DNA of 64,000 nucleotides from Alloascoidea hylecoeti. Lineage: Eukaryota. Below are positions 45,901 to 57,182 of this stretch, piece by piece. The stretch's first letter is position 1. Each line of letters opens with the position of its first letter. A program made the translations under genes and the position numbers. The stretch spans positions 500,581 through 564,580 of the forward strand of contig BCKZ01000003.1 in the NCBI GenBank assembly GCA_001600815.1, read 5' to 3'. The notes beneath the pieces are model-generated. The model saw only the letters and a program-made list of their open reading frames with translations. It did not search any database and had not been told where the DNA came from.

Positions 45901-47340
45901 GAATCATTAGATATAAATGAGTTTGAGGATAATAAAGAAAAAAAATTACTTGTTCCTACTCTTTCTATTCATCCTGCAACAAGTTGGTATGATGATAGTG
46001 ATAATGAAAATAATGATTCTAAACATAAAGATGATGATGAAATTGAAAACGAATTCTCCCATACACATGATAAAGCAATCGATCATGACTTTTCAGATCA
46101 TAGTGATGATAACATTGATGATTATAATAAATTTAAGCTTAAAGATAATTATGAAGTTGAAAATGAATTTTCTCTTATGGATGATGAACAATCAGTTGAT
46201 GATAGTTTTTCAAATAGTGGTGATCATGATGAGGATGATGAAGAAGTTAATAATACTTCAAACTTAGAAGATGAAATCAATATGAGTACTATAACCCAGG
46301 ATGAAGATGAAGATGAAGATGAAGATGAAGATGATAGTAGTGATGATGATAAAGAAGATCATATTGAAGCTTTACCAATTTCCAAGATTTATTCTAGAGA
46401 ATATCTTAATGATCTCAATCAAACATTAGAGAATATTAAAAGATTTAATTCTCCAAATATGAAGCAGGATAATTTTATAAATAAGGAAGAAGATCTAAAA
46501 AGATCTTTTGATGATGACGATGATGACGATGATGATGATGATTTGAAAAGATCTTCTAATAATAATGATAATACTAGTACTTCAAAATTACCCATTGATA
46601 ACTATATCAATACCTTAAGACAAAAATCAAGAATTAAAAGACCAAAAAGAAATACTTTAAAGAATGTTAATGATACTACTGCTAATGTTGGTACAATTAG
46701 TGGAGTCAAAGAAGATACACATACTGGAACTAGTAATCATGATCAAGAAACTAATGAAGGAGATGATTCTTCCAGTGATAAATTCAGGCCTAAACAGTTT
46801 GATTTTTCCTCACAAGGACCACAAATGGCATCTTCTGTTCCTATGATGCAAGAATTAAAACAATTTTTTAAGAAAAAGGAAGTATTAACAACAGAAAATA
46901 ATAATACAAATCTTCTTAAACCTAATTCAAGAGATCCAAATTTAAAGAAATCATTTGAAAAGTTAGTTAATGAAAAAGAAACAGAAATTGAAGATTTTAA
47001 CCCAGTTAAAGGTGTTAGAAATGAAATAAATGAAAGAAATAAAAGAGATTTAGGAAGTGATAATGATTCTAATCATAGTGTTGAAGAAGATAGATTTGTT
47101 TTTGAAGAACCATGGACACCATCACCACCTCATTATTTTTCAAAAAATGATAATGATTCAATTACAAGTAGTGGATCAGAATCAAATAATGATGTTGCAT
47201 TTGAATCAGAATTTGTTAGAGAACCTATAACACCAAAGTCTCCAATTACAATTACAAGGGCAGCAGCATTAAAATCAGCAGCATTAAAGACCAAACAAAC
47301 ACCTACAGAAAAAAACATCTCATATATTATAACTAGTTGA
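42937..47340 (+). CDS. Tsc10/KDSR-like degenerate SDR domain fused to a ~1150-aa acidic low-complexity tail
   Basis: N-terminal FKFPVEGRLVVIYG, ILFISSSLAFYSPIGYSQYSPLYSSLKSFTDILRVECSPYNIKVECIYPG and hydrophobic IDFLSWIL...FWFILFLPII follow the Tsc10 layout; the ORF is uninterrupted for 1467 codons. Confidence 0.8.
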   Translation: MSSAVNPTFKFPVEGRLVVIYGITHDPLVTAFAKLLYSKGANIILVGPNESNLLKSINNIKDVERKDQVLKHIVADLSTTGVSNSIFCNIPDVDIAIFTTETNPTPCLLKDLNSTDIESNIESQYLSYQNFSKSVFHCMASNLNVSNDIPKHILFISSSLAFYSPIGYSQYSPLYSSLKSFTDILRVECSPYNIKVECIYPGLLNHNTTGEQKIFRSRLPLSNIFNNNNSKYLTYDEASILILKKLNKGREQITIDFLSWILSCLTISSSPREFSFLQSFISFWFILFLPIIKNSINNDLKFYWESHKENLNIKSINELCDEDENEMLQVQLHESLISDLDKLKILKPIVEISRVDNEEVENKVLEGSEESSTKILNFNYSPQKINDGRGIDNSPLTPVKALVLDSKSTPIPIPININAQVLEVPKPYDDVPRTLPNINTTEIISNSRNINNSDNKTEESISIGPDEQEALLSDSTQFQNEINVEKSSTSINNDEHDDVCSPLVTKLSSDIDRFIDKINNSTLDDNNDDNDDASSEASWPEEEELPHEISNPLIEVSKESLQENDMSIPYTTILHPNEYKTRKQQWNSDRDLFLDTGEDLKEVAEFPAVKAEYLTEIEDSSNLVNTVDDEPIENSIVDNEQYIEPQVNLLEQESTTIDNTNDIQEPLTVFPQKLTDNDSSEDESIHEKSCSKSTSLSDIDDEYQSDVAIEKYDIPYDHNYSTNEPQLEEEINENYENYEEPPLLPLPLPLPLNDPITNDNIPIVTGDEKLNEFSPSWNDVNYSPVEESSKEVSHDEEQDIDPQFNPNPSVVINTDLDSTDEPLPPPPPRKPSIGYPNPFKNQSVKNRLLSHYQESRASSTSTNNEDPISVTNIRHLEEMSKVDNTIDDHKDISTNSLLPATITSTDNISPITTGTDVPLSLESDNSNDHEVKKAFFQQEYEIDNPYADEAPTTDLNNEEVMNEETTKEPTFSFDVNNDDEIVIDDNHVESLDINEFEDNKEKKLLVPTLSIHPATSWYDDSDNENNDSKHKDDDEIENEFSHTHDKAIDHDFSDHSDDNIDDYNKFKLKDNYEVENEFSLMDDEQSVDDSFSNSGDHDEDDEEVNNTSNLEDEINMSTITQDEDEDEDEDEDDSSDDDKEDHIEALPISKIYSREYLNDLNQTLENIKRFNSPNMKQDNFINKEEDLKRSFDDDDDDDDDDDLKRSSNNNDNTSTSKLPIDNYINTLRQKSRIKRPKRNTLKNVNDTTANVGTISGVKEDTHTGTSNHDQETNEGDDSSSDKFRPKQFDFSSQGPQMASSVPMMQELKQFFKKKEVLTTENNNTNLLKPNSRDPNLKKSFEKLVNEKETEIEDFNPVKGVRNEINERNKRDLGSDNDSNHSVEEDRFVFEEPWTPSPPHYFSKNDNDSITSSGSESNNDVAFESEFVREPITPKSPITITRAAALKSAALKTKQTPTEKNISYIITS

Positions 47341-47767
47341 ATTGTTGGATCTTAGGTTAGTATATATTTTATAAATTTTATATTTTTGTTATATATTTCA
47401 TTTGTTATGTTAGTTAATATTTTATATGACCCAAAGGGAATTGATATGGGTGCTAGAGGATTAGGTCCAGTACCAAGTAGCACATTTATTTAGCATATAT
47501 ATTTATAAGAAAAATATTGATACTACATATCCTTTTTCACTCCACCCAGAATCTCGATTCTCTAATAACGTTTTTGCATCTATAAGCTTCCTAATTCAAT
47601 CTTATTTTTTTAACAGATTAAGACACATGGTACTTTATTTAGCTATAGTCAAAAATCTTTGAAAATGATTAATGGGTCAAATATGGAAACTGTTATGCAG
47701 ACACTTTTATCAGAGACATTTAGCATTTCTATTCATAATAATAATTATATAACTAACATTTCCATAT

Positions 47768-48924
47768 TTAATTTAAAGATAATTCATAGCTGGTTCTTGA
47801 TCCATAAACTTCACCATTTTTAAGTGTAACACTATTTTTAATATTTGGATCATCACTATTAATTGCATTGATAAAACTACCAGATTCTAAACAAAATCCA
47901 GCTCTTTTACCATGTTTACCAGTATCAACAAAATCACCGGTATAGAATTGGAAAGCAGGTTGAGTAGATGATGCTTTTAAAGTTAATTGTTTATATGATG
48001 CTTCAGCAAATGTAACCAATTTCTTTGATCTACTATCAAGTGAATGTTTGACACCATCCAATACAAAACAATTATCAAATTGTGGGTCTGTTTCTCCAAG
48101 CTCAAAAGTAGTATCTTTGATAGATCCAAATTTACCAGTTGGATGATTATTTGAATCACAATCCATATATTTATTTGTGTGCAATTTGATTAATGTACCA
48201 GTAATATTTTTTCTATTGTCAATTCCTCCAAGAATAAAGTAAGAATGGTTTGTCATTGAAATAGCGGCAGGAACAGAATCATGATTCCTAACTTCATAAT
48301 CAATATGCAATGCTGAACCTTTCTTATCATTATCAACAAACCAATAATAAACATTCACATCCAAAGAACCTGGAAATCCACTACCATTTTCATTAGTATC
48401 AGTATAATTTAAAATTTGAAACCTATATTTAGTTAAATTATCTTGAGAAACTGCAACAGGACCATCAAAATTAACTGTATTAAAACCATTTTTACCACCA
48501 TGTAATACTGAATGTGAACCTTCTTCATTTAATTTGACTTGATAAACTTTTCCATTAATATTAAATTTACCAAATGGAATTCTATTTGCATATGGACCGA
48601 TTGTTGCACCGAAATAAGGGTTTGAATTTGCCTTATAACCTTCTAATGAGTTATGACCATTTACAACATTAATCCATTTACCATTAATTTTGATTTCGAA
48701 TTTAACAATTGTTGCACCACGACTTATAAAACTTGCTCTTACATTACCATTATTCGAGGTTAAAGTATAAAGCTTAACACTATCTCCTTCACCAAAATTT
48801 GAAACCGTTAAATGTGAACTATATGAACAAATAATTATAATTAAAAGTTAATAACCATTTGAACAAAATAATTATTAATTTATAGTTAATTGTAGAAACT
48901 TAATTAAGCTTACACTCCAGCCAT
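47768..48924 (-). CDS. Stand-alone aldose 1-epimerase (galactose mutarotase); exons 48924-48914, 48818-47768
   Basis: Frame extends upstream of the listed ORF: NPYFGATIGPYANRI, LHGG, GFPG, TNHSYF, FQFYTG, GFCLE; intron 48819-48913 GTAAGC..TAG. Confidence 0.92.
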
Positions 48925-49810
48925 TATATATATATTTTTATGAATATTAATCTATTTATATTCTTTAAGTTGCAATATCAATTGACAGCAAACTTGAAAT
49001 ATAGCAAAAGGTTGAATATTTATGTATAAACATGAATTTATCCGATTACTGGATATAGTATGATTTATCCGGGCATACATACGAGAAAAAGACATCTTCA
49101 CATCCGGAAAAACTGCAATGTAACTCCTCAATACCATTAAATTATATTCACCTCCGGCGCTTAGCTATAGCATAACATCAATTGATCCGGATATACATTT
49201 TTTAATTTACACCACTAAATTAGTTATAAATTAGAAGCGTAAAACTGTGTTGCTTAATTCCGGGTACGGATAATTTCTTAGAATTCAAGAAACCCGTTGA
49301 AAAATAAGGGAAAATTGGGTGAAACTGTGAAATTGTGAAGATTATAATTTAAAAGTAGTTATTTTCAATTCAAGAAAGGAAAAATTAAACTATTTAAATT
49401 TAAGGAAAATTATTCAAAAGGCTAGAACTGTGAAGTAAGAAGGGAAAACTATCTAATTGCAATATTAATTTATGATATTAATACCATAACCAAAAACTAT
49501 CAGAATCCTCTGTTGGAATCACCCAATACCACTCTAATTTTCCCATTGAAACAAATCACAAGATTAAATATCTAAGATAATTCTTTTAATCACATATAGA
49601 AACATTTTGGAGCTTACAAGAAGTTTTTTTTTGATATTGGTTGTTGTTTTTTCCTACCTTATATCCAACTTTAGATCTAATATTTAAAAAATATCTATCT
49701 ATTGAATTCCCTAGTACTATAACTACACATTAACCAAATTTGTTCGAATAATACAAGTTTTTTTTATCTTCTTAGATCAATGAACCTAAATTGTTAATTA
49801 AAATATGGAA

Positions 49811-50206
49811 ACCTTTGTGGCGTGTGTTTGTAAAATTTGTTACTACATGTGACAAAATATTCGAAAAAGGAGCAGGGCCACCGTTTTTCAACCATTCAAA
49901 AATGGACTTCAAATTAACATCAGTTGAAGATAATTGTCCTGTATCGCCTAATCCTAAGTCTTTAATGATAACACATTATTTTGCCGATTGGCAGCACTTA
50001 TTTCGCCGGCAAATTAATCGAATTATTGATACGGTGGTTACTTGCCAGAGGAATAATAACATTCGGTATTATACAGGAAGATTCTTTATATGTGGAATTC
50101 CAAACTTGAACTTCACAATCATCGTATCATGGGTGTATTTAATTAACGTTTGTATGCCTTTCTCCTTCTTTTTTGGCAAGATCGCAGATTGACGCAATGG
50201 CCGGGT
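49811..50206 (+). ncRNA. Candidate structured non-coding RNA, family unassigned
   Basis: Nested helices found by eye, several with G-U pairs on the + strand: GGCCACCGT 49876-84 / ACGGTGGTT 50031-39; ATTATTTTGCCG 49975-86 / CGGCAAATTAAT 50007-18; AAGGAG 49867-72 / CTCCTT 50162-67; plus several hairpins. Confidence 0.4.
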
Positions 50207-50304
50207 AACTTATGGAATTTCATTAAAATACTCAGTTGTACTCATATTTACACGCAGAGTATTGATTTCGAAAGAAATACTTTTCATTCGACAAATCATC
50301 AAAC

Positions 50305-51399
50305 ATGCTGGCTCGAAAGGCTTTGTTCAAAATCCCAACTATGGGATATCGGACATGTTTGAGTAGCTTACAATCTTTTCCTACTCAAAGTATTAATTCC
50401 AACTTTTTAACTCGTTCATTTTCAGCATCTTTAATTATGAAGAATGAAAGATTAAATGATGATGAATCTTCAAATACAACGAATTTTAGATCAAATCCAG
50501 TTCCACCAACACCTGTAAAAAATGAACTAGATGTTTCTTCTTCAACAATTGTTTATACTATTCCGAATCATCCTTCATATGATCATAAATTGATCGAAAT
50601 TCCAACAAAAAATAAAGGAAGAGGAAGAAGAAGGGATGAAGAAATTCCAGAATTACCAGAAATTGAAGATTTAAGAATTGTTCCAGCTTTAAAGACTTAT
50701 TATTCTAGAAATCCTATACATGATGATAATATAGAAAAATTGAATGCTCTTTGGAGAAAATATTGTACATTACCTTTGGTACAAAGGCCAGAAGGTGAAC
50801 GATTAAGGTGGAAATCTCGAGAAAGTTATGCATTAATAGGTGGTGAAACTAGATTAAAACCAAGAAATTATAGAGATTTACTCGAAGTTTTAAATAAACT
50901 AAGTTCAATCAATGAAGAATTAATGCCTGATGAGGTTAAACAGGGTATTCAACCATATATTCTAGAAGATAGTGGTTCTTCATCAACAAGAAGGCCAAAA
51001 CTTATTGATCAATATGGTAGAGCAGTTGGTATTGGGCGAAGAAAGACTTCTTCTGCTAAAGTATATCTTGTGAGGGGTACAGGTGAAATTTTGGTAAATG
51101 GTAAACAATTTGATTCTTATTTCCCACGTCTAAAAGATAGACAAGATATTCTTCTTCCATTATTAGCATGCCAATCCGAAGGAAAATATAACGTTTTTGC
51201 ATTAGTTAAAGGTGGAGGTACTACTGGTCAAACAGGTGCTGTTAAATTAGGTATCGCAAAAGCTTTAACGGTTTTTAACCCATTATTAAAGAATAGATTA
51301 CGTCAAGTTAAAGCCCTTAGGAGAGATAAAAGAGAGGTTGAAAGAAAGAAACCAGGTAAAGTTAAAGCCAGAAAAGCACCTACCTGGGTTAAACGTTAG
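50305..51399 (+). CDS. MRPS9: Mitochondrial ribosomal protein uS9m
   Basis: Presequence-like N-terminus; GIGRRKTSSAKV, VKGGGTTGQTGA, REVERKKPGKVKARKAPTWVKR. Confidence 0.96.
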   Translation: MLARKALFKIPTMGYRTCLSSLQSFPTQSINSNFLTRSFSASLIMKNERLNDDESSNTTNFRSNPVPPTPVKNELDVSSSTIVYTIPNHPSYDHKLIEIPTKNKGRGRRRDEEIPELPEIEDLRIVPALKTYYSRNPIHDDNIEKLNALWRKYCTLPLVQRPEGERLRWKSRESYALIGGETRLKPRNYRDLLEVLNKLSSINEELMPDEVKQGIQPYILEDSGSSSTRRPKLIDQYGRAVGIGRRKTSSAKVYLVRGTGEILVNGKQFDSYFPRLKDRQDILLPLLACQSEGKYNVFALVKGGGTTGQTGAVKLGIAKALTVFNPLLKNRLRQVKALRRDKREVERKKPGKVKARKAPTWVKR

Positions 51400-51721
51400 A
51401 AAATTTAATGAATTTGAAAGTTTTTGTTATAATTGTTTATATCATTGGTTTGGCTCGTTTTACATATCTGTATATAATTCAATGAATAATTCAAATGTAT
51501 ACGTTTCCAATTATCCTTTTAATAACATTATTTTCAATTGGCATTCATAATTGTTCAAGTTGTTTCAATTGTAAGCTTCTATAGTGCTTCCAAGACTAGC
51601 CAATAATTAAGTATGGCCTAAATTAAGTGAATATCTCTAAACCTTCCAGTGCACGTGCGCCAGCAAAAGAATATTTCATACAAAGTAATATAGGCCGTAG
51701 ATGTAACTTCCAACGAACTCC

Positions 51722-52306
51722 ATGAATGCGATAAAAAGGATAATCCCTTCAAAACAAATTAAAGGGATAAATATAAGATATTTCAACACTTCGCATATTC
51801 AAAGTATCCAATTAACATCAACATGTTCCCAAAAACAGTTGAAAAATAGGCGAAAATTGCCAACATTAGGCCTCCAACATGTATGTATTATATAGGGTTA
51901 ATCATTGTGTGACTATATTCTCAACATTTGTTTTATCTGGTATAGTTCCTATTATTCAGTCAGTCGAGAAAATTATGGAGAGATATTGTGAGGACTTCAT
52001 ATCGTAAGTTAACCAATACCATATTTTTCATCAATAAATATCATTACTAAATTTATTTGTTATTTGTTATTAGAAATAAAGGATCCTATTACAAGAAATG
52101 ATCTAATAGATTTTGCAAAACAGGAGTTTAAACATAACAAAAATGTAAAAGATGCAGAACAATTACGATACTTAATATCAATTGGATCAAAGCAATTCCG
52201 AGATATGTCAAAAACTCTTGGTTTATCAATGCCTGATGTATCAATTGATTTACATGCCAATGGAAATAATCTAGTTCGATCACAAGAAAAATCAAATAAA
52301 AAATAA
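51722..52306 (+). CDS. Mitochondrial LYR-motif protein (LYRM2-like); exons 51722-51880, 51946-52003, 52074-52306
   Basis: Spliced product LGLQHFLLFSQSRKLWRDIVRTSYQIKDPITRNDLIDFAKQEFKHNKNVKDAEQLRYLISIG; introns GTATGT..TAG and GTAAGT..TAG are phase-consistent. Confidence 0.8.
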
Positions 52307-52383
52307 TATTTCATATAGTCATTTATATTCATCTATTCACATAACAATAATAATAAACTATATATTCATATATGACAATAAAA

Positions 52384-55200
52384 CTAGAGAGTTTTAATGA
52401 GATAAAGTCCAGTATCCTGAGAATCTCTAATGCTTTTAAAAATGTCTGATGTAAATGATGTTGAAATCTAAATCACAATAGTTAGTAACAACACTCTTCA
52501 AAAAAGTTTTATTTTAAAAAATAATAATAAACTTACTCCATGGTTTTCACCCCAAATTTCAAGAGTTTTTTGTTGTTCTAAATATCTTGAATTTGATTGA
52601 TTTTTTAATTTTTGAGCTTCATTATTGATAAATTCAGTTATTTCATTAGATTGATTTTTTAATTTTAAAATACTTGATGAATGAGGTTTATATTGGTTTT
52701 TTCCAGCAATTAATGATAAACAATAAGAATGAATTATATTTGAAATCTAAAATTTTCATTTGTTAGTTTCTCTTTTTTTTTAAAAAAAAAAGTTTTAAAT
52801 AATTATCATACCTCCAAAATACTATATAACCAATGAAAATCTTTATAAGAAAATAAACCAGAAGGTTTGTTTGGAAGTGAATCAATTGAAACAATAGATA
52901 ATAAATTTTTATAACTTTTTGCAGTTCCTTTTGATAAAGAAGATTTACCAAGTTCTAAAATTATTTTACAAGACCAAATTTCTTCCAAAGTTAATTCATT
53001 TAATAAATCATTTTCATTTTTATCATTAAATAATTCAATTTCTAAAATTTTTAAATTTAATTTAAATTCTTCAATTTTATTTGATGATATAATTAATAAA
53101 TTATTAATAATTTCATTACAAATTGAAAAAATTTTAATCCATTTTGATTTTGGTATTGGACCAATTGTTAAATTTGAATTTGTTGCTAAATTTGTATCAG
53201 CACAATCCCAAATAATTTTAAAATCTCTATTATCTTCCCATGTTTCATCATTTGGTGTTTGAGATAAATCACCATTAATTTTAAATTTAATACCATTTAA
53301 TCTTGAAATTCTAACATTTTCGATATTTAATAATTTTCTTTGAATACTATATTCAATCCTTTCACCAAATTTAAAAAAACCTTCAATTTGACAATAAGAT
53401 TCTTTTTCAAATGATTTTTTTAAAAAATAATTAAATTCATCATCTTGTTGAGAATAATGATAAATTAAATTATTTAATTTAATTTGTTGTTGTTTAATTG
53501 GCATTAAAGTTGAAATTCTTTGAAATAAATGATTTGATAATAAATCATTTTGGATATTTTTAATTGATAATGATTCATAATTTTTTGAACTATTTTTAAA
53601 TGAACCAATCAATAAATATAATTTAATTAACCAAATTTTTACATAAAATTGATGTTTATCTTTTAAAGATACAAATTCAAGTAAAATAATACATTTTAAA
53701 ATTGAATCAATTGAAAACTTTGTTAAATTATTATTAATTAATATTGAATTAATTGATAATAAAATAAATTCATCACCTGGATGATAATCAGTTTCTTCTT
53801 TTTGAATTAATAAATGTTTTGATTTATTATAAAAACTAATTGATTCTGAAATAAATGATTCTGATATAATTGATGATTTTGATTCAATTAATAAAAATTT
53901 AAATTTTTGAAGATTAACTAATTGAATTAATTGAGAATAATTAATTTTTGAAAAATCTAAATCATTAAAATATAATTGTTTAACTTTAATATAATCATTG
54001 ATAAATTCTTCTTTATTAAAATCAACTTTGGTGATATAATGTTTTAAATCTTCAAAAGCAACTAATTTATTATCAAAAATTTCTAAATATTTTTCAATTG
54101 ATTGAAAAATAGTTAATGGAATTAAATCTGTTTTTTTAATATTTTTTAAATTCATTGTTAATTCAATATTTGCTAATAAAGAATTTCTTGAAATTTTATA
54201 ATTTTTAATTAAATTAAAAACTTTTAAAAATTTTAAATCATCATTTAATTTAATTGATGATTTAACTAATTGTTTCCAACGATTCCAATCATCATTAATA
54301 TTCAAAATATTTTCATTATATTCAAATAATTGTAACCAATTTTCATCTAATTCTAAAGATTCACAAACAATTAATTGTAATTCTAAATCTTCTTTTACTG
54401 TTTGATTATCATTATTTGAATTATTATTCAATTCATTAAAATCTTTAACTGTTTTAAATATTTCATTATATCTTTTTAAAAATTTTAAAAGTTCAATTTC
54501 AATAAAAATTTCTTGTGAATTTTTTAAAGGTTTTAAAGATTGTATTAATTTTAAACCTAATAATGGGAATAATTTTATTTCTAAATTTGATAAATTTGAA
54601 TATGATAATTTTAAAGCAATTAAACAACATAAAGAAACCCATATCTTATAATTTCTTTTATTAAAATTATCATTTAATAATTTTGAGGATTTTTGTAATC
54701 CTGAATAATTGAAAATTTTAGCATTTTCCCAAAATAATCTAATGGTAAAGAATTCATTTTTAGGGAATCTTTTTGATAGATTTTCATAAAGTGAAATAGC
54801 CTCGGAATCTGTAAATATAATAAATAAATAAAATTAGGATATTAATAACATAACATAATATATATGAGACTCATCTAACCTTTTCCTAATTTCCTTAACA
54901 GATCAGCTAATAGATCAACAGTTTTGAAATCGGTTGGACCTGAGTCAGCAGCCTTTTTAATCAAGTTATAAGTTTCTTCTCTACCTTGATGGTAAGCTAA
55001 ATAAGCATCCAAAGCCTAAGATAGTCAATATTTATATTTCATCATACAGGAGAAATAACACATACATGGAAAAAGACATCGTTGGGATATTTCTTCAGCT
55101 GTTTTGCGATCAATTGATGAGCATGTTTGAAAGTCCTTGAATTGATTGAATCAAAAACCGCTCTTTCTTTGATGGTTAAAGAAGAATCTGATTGATTCAT
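52384..55200 (-). CDS. MDM20: NatB auxiliary subunit Mdm20/Naa25; exons 55200-55066, 55015-54880, 54808-52812, 52746-52537, 52467-52384
   Basis: TPR-like N-terminus (VFDSINSRTFKHAHQLIAKQLKKYP), KIWLIKLYLLIG...YESLSIKNIQND, DNRDF; four phase-consistent introns; neighbour of BRX1 as in S. cerevisiae. Confidence 0.88.
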
Positions 55201-55782
55201 AACTGATACAAAGTTTGAAGGTGTAAATCAGAAAAATCAAAAAAAAAATCAAAAATGAACTACATCCCAACGCCTACCAAAAACTAATTATGGGAAATTG
55301 AAGGTTTTATTTTATACTCTGTGTGATTATGGACCCAATGAATAGAATGGAAATATATATTGGTGTCAAGACATTTGGGATATGATGGTTGTGTTCAATG
55401 ACGAATGTCGATCAGGAAAAGTATATGCTCCATTGAATTCAAAACATCGTTAATAAACACTCTTTAAATTTCTTAAAAAAAGATATAACTGGAACAGTTA
55501 TCGAAAAGCAATCACATTACACAGAAAAGTATAATATTTCATGATCTCTATTTCAGCTTTTTATTTTGAAGGTGTTTATCCTAAACGTCCACCTCTTTAT
55601 AGGAATGTTTGGTTTAAATCATTCTTTGTGGTGAAATTGTAGGCTGATAAATATCTTCCCAATAGGTTGGCCCCAATTACAAGTCCTTCTTGATAATTCC
55701 AGGAACTTTATATAACTGGCACAGTTCCAAAAACTCATGTGGGAAAGTTGATCGAACACTATTTTAAAAACATTATTCTAGA

Positions 55783-55852
55783 TAGTCATTAGTATAGTCG
55801 TAACATCGTAAGTCGTGTAACGTTAAATCAAGGGTTCGATCCTGACGACTAA
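55783..55852 (+). pseudogene. Degenerate tRNA (His-like) or tRNA-derived SINE head
   Basis: Acceptor stem TAGTCAT/ACGACTA (6 of 7 pairs), A-box-like TAGTATAGTCG, B-box GGTTCGATCC, central GTG, TTTT just downstream; D and anticodon arms do not pair well. Confidence 0.4.
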
Positions 55853-55865
55853 CTTTTCTAGTAAA

Positions 55866-56021
55866 ATGAATTCCCAATCACTGTTCCTTACTTTCACGGA
55901 TAGTACATTAACGAGGCTAGTGGAAGCTGCTCCACTAACTGCCTTCAACAAGTACGCCCCAATTGCAGAAAAGATTTCCGAGAAAACAATAAAAGCAACA
56001 AACACCAAAACTAAAAACTAA
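55866..56021 (+). mobile_element. Possible retroelement integrase fragment
   Basis: Short ORF with LFLTFTDSTLTRLVEAAPL, resembling the integrase YxLxxVDxFTRWxEAxPL segment; single motif only. Confidence 0.25.
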
Positions 56022-57040
56022 AAACTAAATAACTAAATAAAAATTAAAAAAAATATAATAAAAATTAAATAATTTATAATTTTTAAATATAATCAATCAT
56101 TGTTAATACCAGTGGCCACTTGAAAAGAGAAATTAATAATTGTTAAAAAGAAATTCCAAATGAGAAGTCGAAATCCGAAAATCAACTGGTCGAACAACAT
56201 ACAAAACAAAAGGAAAATAATAGTATGAAAATGTATCATCGGATGAATACTCTGATGCTGATGAACAGTCAGATGCTGATAGCGAAGGTCATATTTGTGA
56301 TTCAAAAAGAATTTTGCTTTGCAATCCAAAGTATTTAAGTTACATAATACTTATATTTCATATGAAAGTGAGTAATCGATCGAAAGAATGTTTTATATAT
56401 TAAACAGTATATATTCTTACTATTACTAATCATTTTAAAATATTCTTTTGTTATTCAACGAAAAGTATTTTAAGTAGATTTTTAGGGTACTGATTCAATT
56501 TGCTAACGCAATTTATGTGATAGTTATAAATAGAGGTCACCGGATATTTTTCATATCAGATAATTACGCGAAAACATTTCTACCTTTTCTTCCAACCTGT
56601 ACATTGGTATATATAGAATAATGATGTTTCAAGATTGAACACAACTTTTCTTAACGACCCCCAGACTTCTACTCATGAACATGAATGTTTTCAAAAATCT
56701 AAAATCCCTGGATATTTTATTGTTGCTGATGTACAGTATATCGTCGCTATCGAGATGCTATTAACCTTGATTTCATCAATTGGAAGCTATATCGTGGTCA
56801 TGAAAAGAAAGAGAACATGGTGATAATCTTATAAATGTATTTTCAAAGTTTTAAGGTTGAGAATAAAACATAAATATAAACTTAAAAGTTATATGAACTG
56901 ATATGGTTGTTTAAATATTTTTACCTAGGTATCTGAAAAGATTCTTTTTCAAATATAAAAGTGAATTTGAAGATATTTCTTGTCCATAAGCGATACCTAG
57001 GTGGTTAGGCTACTTTAATCGAGATAGAATTAATGCTATG

Positions 57041-57086
57041 ACAATTACAATTTCAATTACAATTTCAATTACAATTTCAATTACAA
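57041..57086. repeat. 12-bp tandem repeat (CAATTACAATTT) x3+
   Basis: Read directly, just downstream of the interrupted ORF. Confidence 0.85.
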
Positions 57087-57182
57087 AATATATTTACTTT
57101 GGAAGTTACAATTATTTAATATAAAGAAATCATAAAGATGTTCATACTGGTTTTGATACCATTTAGAGTTATATTCTCCAAA

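Noticed and set aside
49771..49790. TTAGATCAATGAACCTAA hairpin resembling the U1-70K loop of U1 snRNA
   Set aside because: No ATACTTACC 5' end at the expected distance and no clear Sm site.
49791..50192. 133-aa ORF upstream of MRPS9
   Set aside because: Non-ATG start, no motif, atypical composition; the region is better explained as structured RNA or promoter.
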